A stretch of DNA of 64,000 bases from Thalia democratica (GCA_965202585.1 OZ241831.1:37014001-37078000), one strand, 5' to 3'. Positions 51,898-64,000 are shown, counted from the stretch's first letter. Notes: generated from the letters alone by a model not told the origin. Translations and numbers: made by a program.

Positions 51898-53394
51898 AAA
51901 TAAAGTTCATAAAATAAAGTTTTTATTTGACCTTTTACGTAGAACAATACTTTAACGTACCACAATTCATTAATTTATATTTATAATCATAGTTTAAATA
52001 AACTAGATGAGCACACATTTTCTAATTTTAAATAAAAACAATTTTGTATACTTTATATAAAAACAATCTCAATGTCGTTAACTTTTAAACGGAAAGATAA
52101 AATTAATTTAGTAAGACTTTAAAACAAAAATCTTGAGTATTATTTTTTACTTATATTCTCTTGATGTTATAATTAGCATTATATAGTTGTTAAAAATGTT
52201 TTAAATTTATTTTAGTTTTAAACATATATTATATCAAATTAAAAAAGATTTAGTTAGTTTATGAAGTTTTAAGGTATTTCAAATTTTACTAGATATTTAT
52301 TAATTTTTATTTTTAAACTTAGCGTGACAATAAAAAAAGCAATAAAGTACCGCATTTTCATGATTACACTTGGATTATTTCATTACTATAATGTTGCATG
52401 ATCATGATAAGCCGATGAGAGAGTAACGTTTTGAAGTTTGAACTTATGTTCAAATAAAATATGCAATATTAGTCTTCAACCGCTGAAATATTCCAATAAT
52501 GAGGCTTGGCAGAATTCTTTTTTTTTCATCAGTCAGTTGAAATATGGAACAAGCTACCAAATAAATTAGCAAAATTTTAAAAAATTTCGATTAAAGTTAA
52601 GTTTTGTCTGAATTATATTTGTGTTAGTAAAATTAATTAGTGATTTTTATCAACCATTGATTTAATTTCAAAATTTAGCTTAGTTTATAGTTCAACTTTT
52701 CAGCAGAAACTTTACTCTATTAATAATGAGTCATTTTTCAATGTATTTAATGGTTATTCATCTGGCCAGGCTATTGTTAATGTCCTTGCAGCGTTAGGTG
52801 TTAATTTTTGTTTTTAGTCAATACAGTTAAATATTAAATGTCGATCGTTCTTACTTTAAAGCGTAAATAAGTATAAATTTCTGGTTAAAATTTTGCTTTT
52901 TATGTTAACCTATAAAATTTATATCAAATTGTTTTTTTATATTTGTTTTATTAAAAAAAACTATTTGTGTTTATTCTTTTTTTTTTATGTGTTTTTCAGT
53001 TTAAGTGGTCTAGGTTTTGGTGCCTAGGTCCATAATACGGACAATAAACTTGTAGACACATAGTAAAATATATAAAAAGGCATAGCTGTTGATTAATATA
53101 CTAAAGTTCAAAATAAACTAGAACAATTCACTTACTATTGAAGTATTTTTTTTATCCTAGTTTCTAAATAAATTAAAATTTTTGTCCCTGGTATGAGTCT
53201 TTTTTAAATAATTTTATTTTATACTTTCGTTAGTTTGTTTCAAACATAAACTTTTTCTGTTTAAGATTTTGAATCTTTCATTATTTTCTTTTAGTATAAG
53301 TATATTATAAAATTTTATTTTTCAGTTTCTTTTTATCTTACAGATTTGATACTAACTAAAAAATATCAACCAAAATGCAAAATTGATGTTCCGT

Positions 53395-53885
53395 GCAAAA
53401 AAGTCATCGTGCGAAAATTTCATCGTAATAATGTGACGTTGTGCATAAAGTATCGTTGTGCAACAATGCTACCGTAAAAGTTGACATCGTGAAAAATGTC
53501 GCTGTGCAAAAATTACCCTGCGTGCAAAAATGACCATGCGTGTAAAAAATTCTCCTGGTGCAAAAGTTAGGTCGTGCAAAAGTGTCCTGTCGAGCAAAAG
53601 TGACCGTCCGTGCAAAATAAACGCCGTGCAAAAGTGTCCCCTCGTGCAAATGTGACCCTCCGTGTAAAAGTGACGCAGTTCAAAAGTGTCATCTCGTGCT
53701 GAAGTGACGCTCGTGCAAAAGTGACGCCGTGCAAAAGTGTCCCCTCGTGCAAAAGTGACCCTGCGTGCAATAGTGACGCCGTGCGAAAGTGTCCCTTCGT
53801 GCAAAAGTGTCCCTTCGTGCAAAAGTGTCCCTTCGTGCAAAAGTGTCCCCTCGTGCTGAAGTGACGCTCGTGCAAAAGTGACACC
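53395..53885. repeat. About 15-16 bp tandem subrepeat array (right arm of the foldback element)
   Basis: Repeated CGTGCAAAAGTG(A/T)CC units; explains the four overlapping spurious ORFs. Confidence 0.92.
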
Positions 53886-53901
53886 CACCCATGCTTTCTA
53901 C

Positions 53902-53929
53902 ATCTTGATGTTTCGTTCCTTTAACAAAT
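53902..53929 (-). pseudogene. Relic fourth copy of the 28-nt Pax first coding exon
   Basis: Reads ATT TGT TAA AGG AAC GAA ACA TCA AGA T|gt, versus ATG AGT TCA GGG AAC GAA GCA TCA AAA G|gt in copy 2. The flank 53930-54500 aligns with 50630-51120 and 44035-44560. Confidence 0.65.
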
Positions 53930-55059
53930 TTTGCGTGTGATAGTTTTTATTGTATCTATGATTTACAACAGTTTATAAAGTATATATTTGTAACTTTGGT
54001 TTGATTTAATAGTTAAGATTTAATATTCAATGACAATAAAAAAATCACTATATTAATACTGTTTTTAAGTTCGTTGTTAATACTTCAATATGTTCAACAA
54101 GTAAGTCAAGGTTTGAAAACTAAACTGAATTTTTGTTATTTCTTCTTTATAAGATAAATATTTTTCTTGGCGTTTTGTTTATTTTTACTTAAGAAAAACA
54201 AAATCCAAACATTTTTATGAAACATTTTAAATGGCTAAACACTTTAGTACAACAAAAATAAATTTTAATTCTTTTAATATTTAGCTTCAAGCATTTGGTA
54301 TGTTGAAAAAACTAGTTAACAGCTTAAATGGTTTGAACTAAATGATCAAAATAAACTTTTTTGTATAGAAAAATTTTTTGTTTACATAAAAAATCGAATT
54401 AGGAACTTTATTGAAAGTTTTTGACTTTAAATTATTTAAAACGAAGTTTGTCTTACTTCGTCGTTTAAGCCTTATAACGAAATATGTTTTGTTTCTTTAT
54501 GTAAATAAAAAATTATATACTTTTATTGAATGAGTGAAAACTATTTATACAGAAGTTAAAATAAGACTGGTTAAAAAGTATTAAAAAAAAACCTATAATA
54601 TTTTTGGCAAGCCTTTTTTTTATCATTTTAGTTTTTTAATTACTTTCATATTTTTATCCTTCAAAAAATCCTGTTTGTTTAAAAAAGAAAATTCTAAAAG
54701 ATGATAAATCTAGATTTTTTTATAACGTACTTTAAAAAGTAGTTTATTGAAATTAAAACTTTGTACTAATATAAAGAAAAAGTAAGTATATAACAATATG
54801 ATGTGCTTATAAAAATCTCGTTTTAAAACAGTAATAACTTGTAAAAAAAGTATTTTTTGTTAATCATTTTAATAAGTACAATTTTTATCATTCAAATCTA
54901 AACAAATATTTAGAACTTTACTTATTTTATACACTAATGAGTTTGAAAAAGTAAGTAAATAAAAAATCTGCCTTAAAAATTTAATTTACTTTAAATAGAA
55001 AACTTCATAAAGACTATTTTTTTATAACAAAATTAAATCTAATAAATTAATGAATGCAA

Positions 55060-55200
55060 TAAAAAGATTTGCTATTGCGTAACATTTTGTGAACAATCAG
55101 AGTTGTGTTGAAAATTTCAATTTAAAGACATTTCAGATAATTAAAAGTTGTATAACGTGTATGATTTTGTTAAAATGGAAGCTATATTTTAAAATGAAAA
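55060..55200 (+). mobile_element. PLE GIY-YIG C-terminal remnant
   Basis: KRFAIA*HFVNNQSCVENFNLKTFQIIKSC..VYDFVKMEAIF aligns with KRSSVAEHLINNRDCARKYDISRFRIIHHCNSVFDLVKLDAISI in ORF 6908-7507. Confidence 0.7.
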
Positions 55201-56381
55201 CTTTTATAAATATAATTTGATTGTAGTGTTGCTTTATTCACTTAATGCTTCTTTTGGTATTCATAAGTTTGTATTTAATCAGCTTTAATTATTAGAGTTG
55301 CTATCTTTTTGTGTAATTAACTTTGTATGTGTCTAATATTTGTTTATAATGATTACCATTCTTACTATTTAAGTTAAATTTGTTTTTTTTAAAGTGATGA
55401 AAATAGCATGAAATGTATCTTAATTTTGCACTGAGTACAGTAATTGTTAAAAACAGTCATTAAAGATTTTTATGAACATAAAGTCTTTGTAGAAGGTATT
55501 TGAAAAAAATTTAAAAAACTTTTTTGGAGGTTTTAATGGAAAAAAAAAATTGAAACAGTTTTGTGATTCACTCTAAACTTATATGAGTTTGTAAACATAA
55601 TTAAATACGTTATCAAACCACTAATTAAAAGTTAAAGTCAATATAATTTTTGTTCTGATGAAATAAAATTTGAATGGTAAAACTAAAACAGAAACATACG
55701 AATTTTCACAGTGAAAATTTTTTATATACTTAATGTAACAATTAAAAAATTAAAATGTGCAAATATGTTCTTAGTAAACTTTACATTTTATTACAAATGT
55801 TATTATCATCTTTGTGCAAATTTTATAGGCTGGGCTGCAGTAGAAACGTTTTGAAAATTAACTATTTCATAATATATGGAAATGAGGATAAGTAATAGAA
55901 TATTAATAGCATTTAAACCACTTTCTCTCACCAACTTTACATAGTTTTTTAATCTATTCTCTTACCCCTAACCAAACTTTCTTAAAAATATAAAATAAGT
56001 CGAAAGTAGTTAACTTAATATATAATTAAAACAAATATAAGTAATATTTTAGCCAGTCAGAAGTTGTATAGTTAGGCTCTTAGTTTAAATATTTGCAATT
56101 GATACTGCTTTATTATTGAATGTTTTTAAAAAATCTTTAGTTTAAAATTGGCCAGTTATTTATAAGAGGATGCTTGTGATACCAAGTTATATTGATGTTT
56201 TATGGCAGTTTTATTTAACTTTGTAAAATTTAATATTTATGTTAATGACGTAACTATCAAAACAGTTTTCTTAAATATTAAACGAATTACAACTACTGAC
56301 TAGCTTTTTAAACGCTAATAAGTTTTTAATTTATAAACAAGAAGTAATAGAAGCATATTTACTGATTAAGAAAAGTTTATA

Positions 56382-56912
56382 ATGACATCGCAGTTCAAGC
56401 AAAAAATAAAAATTTCCACTAAAACTGCAAGCGAAGTAAGTTTAAATTTATATTAAACTGTAAATATAGTTTTGTCAAAAATTACTTTATAAGTATTAAT
56501 TTCTTTATTATAAAGTAACTAAAAAAAGTTGATGTAAGCCGAAAAAAAACGTTTCAAAAAGCTTTTAGCATAAAATGTTATTTTAAGTTAATTGGTATTC
56601 ATCATAATATTAAATTAACTTAAGCATATCTAAATGCAATAGTAATGCTTTATTTTTTATAAACAATGTCAATATCAGATAAAAAAAGAATCGGAATTAT
56701 TTACCGAAATATCCACCTTAAAGAAGTTATTGTTAGAAAAAGACAAAATAATAAAAAGTAAAGATGCTGAAATTGATTACTACAAGAAAAAAGCGAATAA
56801 CTTTCTTAAGAAGCATGTTAATTACATAAACAAGAATGATTTACAAGTTTTCCAAAGCCCTAAAAAAAGTCAAATAATGAAACTTACATTTTTCAATTCT
56901 TTTGATGAATAA
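56382..56912 (+). CDS. Possible two-exon small basic coiled-coil protein (about 95 aa)
   Basis: Exon 56382-56435 (ATG...GAA|gtaagt) and exon 56679-56912 (cag|ATA) join in phase 0: MTSQFKQKIKISTKTASEIKKESELFTEISTLKKLLLEKDKIIKSKDAEIDYYKKKANNF... The acceptor is weak. Confidence 0.35.
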
Positions 56913-57924
56913 AATGAGATTAATTATTTAAATGTACTATTATCTATAAAAACTCAATAGTATTTGTAAATTAAAATGATATTTTTATATAACATCAAGA
57001 CAGATAAACGAGATATTTTTTTCTACTAATTAAAACTATTTAACTCTATATTTACATTAATTTTTCTTGCAACATAAATGTCAATATTGTTTACTATTTA
57101 TTTAATTACTTTAAACTATTACAGCTAACTTATTTAAAGTCAAAAAATTGAAATATTAAATCAATGTTTTATAATGTCAAAGCTTAAACACTTTGTATGC
57201 ATTTCCTATTAAAACTTGTTATTAAAACCTGCAACAACAATGTATAGAATTAACTATAGTTTCTTGTTAAATATAATAACTATGTTTAATTATAATATTA
57301 AATTATATAATTTTGTAATATAATATTGTGTTCAAGCGTCATTTTTAGCATTTTAAAACAACTATTTAGCAGCTGAATTGTTTTATAATACTTATTAACT
57401 ATTATATATCTAATATTGTGCATCTTTGGTTACACCTAAATACATCTTTTCTTTTGAAAGTCTTAAGTATCGAAGTTTTGTTGTAAAAGAAACTTATTTA
57501 TTATTTATTTACAATTTACTTAGCAGTTCTTACAGCACTTAATTATCAACTTACTTATTTACTTCAGTAGTTAAGTACAACCGATTAAGCCTTATAATTT
57601 TTTTTTGAAAGCTTAAAAGAAGTAGATAAGAAATATTAACCACAATATGTTTCTAAAACTATAACTATGATCAAAAACTATAAAAGCAGACTCAGCCAAA
57701 TACTTATATTTAAAGACATTAAGGTTATAATTTTTTTTTAGTATTTGTGAAGATTATAATAAAAATTATAAAAAATCAGTGGTTAAAAATTAAGTAAATT
57801 ACTATCTGTTTCTGCAAGTAATACTTCTACTATACATTCACAAACTTAAAAGCCTCTTTTCAACATGTTTTATTATATTTCATCAGTCCTTATAAGAGTA
57901 TTTACTATCCCTGAGTAAATTTTT

Positions 57925-58494
57925 CTAAGACCTGTCACCGGGTTCTGTTTCCTGGCAGTTGGAGTCGATGGACTTGCACAGGGACACGTCGCACTGGACG
58001 ACGACTTCCTCGGTTGCCCCGTCATCTTCCTTCACCTCCTCCAAGGTCACCTCGTTACAAAGGCACTCGAAATCCGCGCCTCCCATCTCCTCCTGGCAGC
58101 ACTTCTCCTTCTCCAGCAGCTCGTACGCGATCTCCTGCTGCCACATCTGCTTCTGCAATCCAGATCTGTACTCCCTGAATATCTTCAGAGGCTCAACGAC
58201 GCTCACCACCGACAAAACTGTGGCGCCCAAGAGCTTGGCGTCGCGGCTCTCGAAGAACTGCTGGGCTAAATAGGCCGAAGCCAATAAGTTTGTTTTGAGG
58301 ACGAAAGGGGAGTAGTTGGGCTCCTTCCTGGCTTTCCTGGTGCCCATGAACAGGACCCCGGCGCACGCCATCATCGTGCCGGTTGTCAGGTCGTCTTCCC
58401 CGCTGACGTAGCTTCCGACGGCCAGACACGCGATCCCGGTGGAGCACAGGACGGACAGCATCGAGGTCTCGCTACCGGCGTTTAAGATGGACAT
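57925..58494 (-). CDS. Intronless GC-rich orphan ORF, 189 aa, hydrophobic N-terminal half and acidic Cys-containing tail
   Basis: Start context AAAAATG. About 55-60% GC in sampled lines versus very AT-rich flanks; 34 of the first 40 codons end in G/C. No family recognised. Confidence 0.72.
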   Translation of the reverse strand: MSILNAGSETSMLSVLCSTGIACLAVGSYVSGEDDLTTGTMMACAGVLFMGTRKARKEPNYSPFVLKTNLLASAYLAQQFFESRDAKLLGATVLSVVSVVEPLKIFREYRSGLQKQMWQQEIAYELLEKEKCCQEEMGGADFECLCNEVTLEEVKEDDGATEEVVVQCDVSLCKSIDSNCQETEPGDRS

Positions 58495-59665
58495 TTTTGA
58501 TATAAACTTGTACTACGGTTAAAATAAAAAATACAAAAACTTAGATTTCATTTGCTTGATTAACTAACACAATAGAGTTTATTTTCAAAAAAAATAAAAA
58601 TTTCTGCAACAAGTTTGCTGACGTAATAATTGTAAAGTTAATTTATCGCTAGGATATTTTTAAACTATTTACATTCACTAGAGATAAGCATTATAATGCA
58701 TTATTTCTGTAATACAGCTATTAAGACAGTATATATGTCTTAATAACTTACGTGTGTAAACCAAACACAGACAAAAAGTTAGTAAAAGACGGAAAATCGT
58801 TAAAGTATTATACGATTGCATATACTCACTGTATTTGTATCTATTTTCATTTAAACTTTGTTGTTTTTATAAACTTTACCTACTATTTTAACCGGATTTG
58901 AATAAACCTTTATTAATTGCTGGTGAAAAAGCATGATGTAATATTGTTTTACTACTTTAAATGCAGTATTAATTGGTGGTGAAATCAAATAAAAAGTGAT
59001 TTGATCAACAAAATAAAACAACTAATCTGCAGCGATATAAACCCAATATTACGTAAATTATTTGTAAAATTTTATATTTTATACTCTTATTTATATGTCC
59101 TTATTTAGGTAAAAAGTTGTTATACTATTTTACACACTAAAAATCTTTATGCAAACATAGACACCCTTTAAACACTAACTAGCCGTAAAAGTTTTTCGAA
59201 AAATAAAACAAATAACAAATATTTTGTTTGATTAGATAAACTCAAAAAAGAAATACTTTAGTAACTTAATCATATTTCTTTTATTCTCTTTTTTTTTGTA
59301 AAGAAGAAAATTAATGTGCTTTGTAATTTTAACATCAACAACTTTTTTAAAATAGAAGTGATTAAAATATGTTTTAAAGTAGCGACATAAACTAATGACA
59401 ATTATTTTGCAAAAAAGCATATGTAATGTACTTTTTATTAGTGGAACCCAACCAAACTGTTTTTATAGCTTAAAATAACAAACCAAAGTTTCTGATTCAT
59501 TTTTATTACTAATACATATTTTATGAATAATTATAATCAAAATTGACCTAAACTCGTCGTTTACGTATTTTCAAATATAATTTAAGTTTTTTTATTAAGT
59601 TCGCTTAATATGATTATATCGGGCCCTTTTTCCTTTTAAAGATCCGATAGTTAAAATGGGACACG

Positions 59666-60364
59666 TTCAAAATCCACCCGCAATCAAAATCCACCCGGGT
59701 TAAAATCCACCCGATAAAAATCCACCCGGTTCAAAATCCACCCGGGTCAAAATCCACCCGATCATAATCCACCCGAGTCAAAATCCACCAGAGTCAAAAT
59801 CCACCTGTTCAAAATCAACCCGGTTCAAAATCCACCCGATCAAAATCAACCCGGTTCAAAATCCACCCGATCAAAATCAACCCGATCAAAATCAACCCGA
59901 GTCAAAATCCACCCGATCAAAATCAACCCGGTTCAATATCCACCCAATCGAAATCCATCCGAGTCAAAATCCACCCGATCAAAATCCACCCGATCAAAAT
60001 CAACCCAGTTCAAAATCCACCCAGATCAAAATCAACCGTATCAAAATCAACCCGGTTTAAAATCCACCAAATCAAAATCCACCCAATCAAAATCAACCCA
60101 GTTCAAAATCCACCCGATCAAAATCAACCCGGTTCAAAATCCACCCGATCAAAATCCACCCAGATCAAAATCAACCGTATCAAAATCAACCCGGTTTAAA
60201 ATCCACCAAATCAAAATCCACCCAATCAAAATCAACCCAGTTCAAAATCCACCCGATCAAAATCAACCCGGTTCAAAATCCACCCGATCAAAATCCACCC
60301 GGTTCAAAATCCACCCGATCAAAATCCACCCGGTTCAAAATCCACCCGATCAAAATCAACCCGA
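59666..60364. repeat. Minisatellite, about 15-16 bp unit CAAAATC(C/A)ACCCG(AT/GTT)
   Basis: About 700 bp of directly visible tandem units, with higher-order repetition near 60000-60260. Confidence 0.95.
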
Positions 60365-62943
60365 GTTCATTTTTTTTCGAAATAAGAATTAATTTCTAAT
60401 AGAATTTTGTAATATTAAATAAAGTTATATGTTTAAACAACTATTGGTATAAAAAAAGAGTATATATTTATAAAGAATTAAATTTTAATTTATTTAATAA
60501 AATAATTAAAAAAGTAAGTTAAACAATATAATTAAACAGCATTAAAAAAAATATTCATAGTAGCTTTACAAGTATTTAAAATGTTTATAATTTATTAATG
60601 TTAGTAGTGTTGGTGTTACTTTTAAAAAAAGAAGTTAAAAAAAAATAAAAAAAAGAATTACGCTCAGTTTTAATCCATTTAAACTTCCTTCTAATTTATT
60701 TTCCCAAAGTCAATCATAATTAAATAAAAATATTTACTAAGGATAACTCATAGTAAATTAAAATATCAAAACTATAAAAATTTAAAAATTAGAAGAATCT
60801 TTAATAACATTTATTAAACTAAAGAAAGTTACAAAAATTAAATACCAAAGAATGTAAATTTATGAAAATGTTAATAAAATGTTACAAAAAGAAAATTAAA
60901 ATATTAATCTAAAGTTTTTGAGCTTTTTTTTTTGATGTAAAAGTTTTGTGTTTTGTGCTTTACTTAAAATTCAAAATAGTATTACATACAATATTTTATT
61001 GTATAAAAAATTTCAACTAACAGTGTTTATAAAAAATAAAATATAGATAAAGAATAATATAAAATTGCTACGTGATAATAAAATAAAAATCCTTTGTTAA
61101 ATTTGGAAAAACTATCGCATATTAATTATATTTTAAACATTATTGTTTTCGACGTGGAAAAGACGTTAAAAGATATTTTTGGTGTGCGACTCGATAACTT
61201 TAAGGTTTGTTCGTGCAAGAGGACTTAGGACCAAATATTTTGAGCGCTTTTATTTGTCGTTTAGTAAACAATTTATTGACGGTTCTTTTATTAGTAGTTT
61301 TTAAAAACAGAACATAAATTTTAATATGAAAACACGAAAACTAATTTACCAAAAATATAAATGAGGAATATGTAAGAAATCAATAACTGTTTTAAAACAA
61401 TTTTAGTGTTTTCTATCTAATTTTTGTTACAAATATTTTTTAGATATTTTTTTAATTTATACAATAATTTTAGCTGCTATTATCTTTTTTTCAAAGTGTT
61501 TAAGTTATTTAAATTTTATTTTATTAAATGTTTTTTTATAAACCATCTATTTTTGAAAAAACTAAAAATTGTTTTGTCTAAAGTAACTAAAGTTATAAGT
61601 TATATTTAATTAGGTAACAACTTAATTTGCTAGTTTTTAACTAATAGTACAAATTAAAAAGCTAAACATTTTTCTATGAGTTCTAAAGTCCTTTACATAA
61701 AACAAATATCGACTCTACAATTCATTGAATTTGCTCAAATAGCTTGTAAATTGCAACAAAAAAAGTTAGTAGTTAGACTTGAGCTAGGGAAATTATATAC
61801 TTTAGAATTGTAGTAGTAAACAAATAAGTTGAGTTTTTTAGAAATGACACTATATTTATAACAAATATTACGAAAGAAAAACTTATAACATTTTTAATTT
61901 ATTTTTAAAATGTTCTATTTTTATATATGTTCATTAAAAAAAGTATGTATTTCAGACAAGAGAGTTTAAATTCAAGTATAAGTTATTTTATGAATTTTTG
62001 TACCAGACTGTATCAACTTAAACAATCGTATTATTAATTTTATTAATAGATTAAGGCCAGTTTTGAAACTGATTAATTGAGTGGTTTTATAAAATTTAAT
62101 CTCTTTTGGTTAACGTTTAAAATTTAAATTTAAAATTTTCTAATCTAAAACTTTTAATTTACATGCGATAAATTTTCTTGAATTAATTTCCGACAATTTA
62201 AGTTAAAAGCTATAACTACATGTTTTTAATTAATTAGTTGTAAACGTTTTATGTTTTTTTATAAATATAAAGTTGCATAGAAATTGTAATTAAGTAAGAT
62301 AAATAATTATACACTGTTCAATATTATATTGTTAATTGATGTTTTTAAATTCATAGAAATGGAAATGTTATTATTTACTCACCTTTTTTTTTAATATAAT
62401 CTTCATATGAAAAAAGTCCATTTGTTTAAACTTAAGAAATTTTAAGTAATTTAATTAAAAATGAAACAATATTAAAGTTAAACAAAATTTTATATTGGTT
62501 ATAACGAATTTAAACAGTAAAAACAACTATTGTTATAACAAATTGTTTAGTAGACAAATTAACTTTAAAAGCGTGGTAAGTTATTACAACTTTATTAAAA
62601 GCTTAGAAACATTGTCTAACTAACATGACCATAACTTTTAAAGATTAAAACAGCTTAAAAAATTATTAAATTTTTATATATGTAAAACGTTAAGATCTTG
62701 AAGATTTCAGTAATAGATAAATACGACATGACACAAAAGAGTGTGTATTTGTATGTTCTAAAAATTTTACAAAACTTTTTTTTTGTACTATAGTTTCTAA
62801 AAATGGTATAAAAAGACATTTAAAAACTTCATGTCTAATTAATTTCAACTTTACTGTTTTTCAAAATCAAGCTTTAAGTTTTAAATAAGCTTAGCTTATT
62901 TTATTCCAAATATAATTCACAAAGAAACTAATTAAAGTATAAC

Positions 62944-63075
62944 TGCCTAGGTTTTGATGCCTGGGTCCTTCGTATGACAATAAACTTACAATAATAATTA
63001 ACATAAAGTGATGATCATACCAATTAGATCATCAGACCAAAAGCACTTGGTAGTCTGAGACCCGATCTGAGTCTA
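62944..63075. repeat. Dispersed repeat joining a CTAGGTTTT(G/A)(A/G)TGCCT(A/G)GGT block to a reverse-complement copy of the 3' flank of the 11424 hammerhead
   Basis: 62944-62990 resembles 12790-12808 and 53010-53050. The reverse complement of 63005-63063 (GGTCTCAGACTACC...GGTCTGATGATCTAATTGGTATGATCA) matches 11451-11501. Confidence 0.65.
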
Positions 63076-64000
63076 ACAAGTGTTTGTGGTTTGATGATTG
63101 AATAGGTATAATCAAACCTTTATGTAAAACAGAGCTTGCCTCACGGCACAAGATTTTCTGAACTATTTCTACCGGCTTTCGCCAAAGTTGTCATTAAATT
63201 AACAATTAATTATTTTTATAGCTAAGACTAAAAAAAATACTTTTATACTTAAATATCTTGTTAAGACCTTTCACATAAAAAAACTATATTAAAGAAAACA
63301 CAAACTAAACGAATTTTAAACGTTTGCCTTTTACTTTTTTGTAATAAAAAGTAACGAAGATGCAGTTGGATTTAATCAGAGTCGGCAGACAATTATTTAT
63401 CTCGGGCCAAATTTCATGTTTCAATTTTTTCCGCGAGCCGTTGTTTTATTCAATTTTTATTTTTAATCTGTTTTAGTCATGTTTATCTACTTATAGGGAT
63501 CAGGGCTGGCATATTTGAATGTATATTTTTTTCTAAAGTCGAAAACTATTTTTAATAAAAAAACTTGTGTCATATTATTATTTCTATCATTATTTACAAG
63601 GTTACTTAAATTAAATAACAAATTTTTAATTTTCATGACCACTTATCTGTTTAATAATTAAATAAGCAATCTATGACACGTTTTGTGTTTCAAAAACAAC
63701 ACGGTACACAACAACACAGTGATGCAATAATACAATTAATAAAATTTGATATCCATTTCCTCTTCTGGTTCGGTTTCATAAAGTGTTGTTTTTTATCTTT
63801 CTTTCAGTCTTTTGCATTTTGTTGATAGCCATTTCAGGTTGTCATTTACAAGCAACTCTCAGTGACACCTGAAAAAAACTAAGCTTAAAAAACAGGTGTA
63901 GATCATTATGTACACTTTTATATAATCAATTTCTATTATTTTATTTGTATTTTTTTTTTAGTAGCTGAAAAAATCTTTTTTTATTTAATGCACAGCATAT

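Larger units (their letters stand above)
51493..53890. mobile_element. Foldback-type non-autonomous DNA transposon with 9-bp TSD (Mutator-like)
   Basis: Direct repeat ATGCTTTCT at 51484-51492 and 53891-53899. The left arm has GTCACTTTTGCACG subrepeats and the right arm their reverse complement CGTGCAAAAGTGAC. Both ends start with GG. No transposase found. Confidence 0.78.

Noticed and set aside
52480-52580. Fragment NNEAWQNSFF.HQSVEIWNKLP as a MULE transposase inside the foldback element
   Set aside because: Too short, and at least as similar to the C-terminal tail of CR1/L2 LINE ORF2. Not assignable.
53404-53892. Four overlapping ORFs, and the array as a possible CRISPR
   Set aside because: Contiguous tandem subrepeats without unique spacers, eukaryotic context and no cas genes.
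55388-55425. GTGATGA-AAATAGCAT-GAAATGTA as a minimal hammerhead after the PLE remnant
   Set aside because: C3 is missing and the stems do not pair. At best a fully decayed relic.
57959-58447. ORFs 57959-58273 (+) and 58193-58447 (-)
   Set aside because: Shadows of the GC-rich 189-aa ORF, whose frame carries the third-position GC bias.

Overview
Very AT-rich, intron-containing animal genomic DNA, probably a hydrozoan such as Hydra (inferred from composition and TE content, not proven). There is one assembly gap (12809-13096). Main content: (1) an intronless two-RRM hnRNP/Musashi-type gene with a one-base poly-A frameshift; (2) a roughly 15-exon plus-strand gene, missed by the ORF track, for a disordered protein rich in Tyr docking motifs and basic Ser motifs; (3) a minus-strand tandem array of paired-box (Pax) genes in successive states of decay: one intact but divergent gene (31945-35794), one frameshifted deletion derivative (42256-44033), one still-open paralog with an eroded paired domain and a pentapeptide repeat expansion (46617-50627), and a relic first exon (53902-53929). 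The three longer copies keep a 28-nt first coding exon and a PGVLD(L/F)S motif; (4) three type I hammerhead ribozyme folds and two decayed copies, from two sequence families; (5) an intronless orphan ORF of about 55-60% GC whose GC island coincides with the ORF (57925-58494); (6) many transposon relics: an inverted Penelope-like element, other Penelope fragments, a hAT-like transposase relic, a foldback element with a 9-bp TSD, and minisatellites. All exon models were built by eye from splice signals, phase and paralog alignment and need RNA-seq confirmation.
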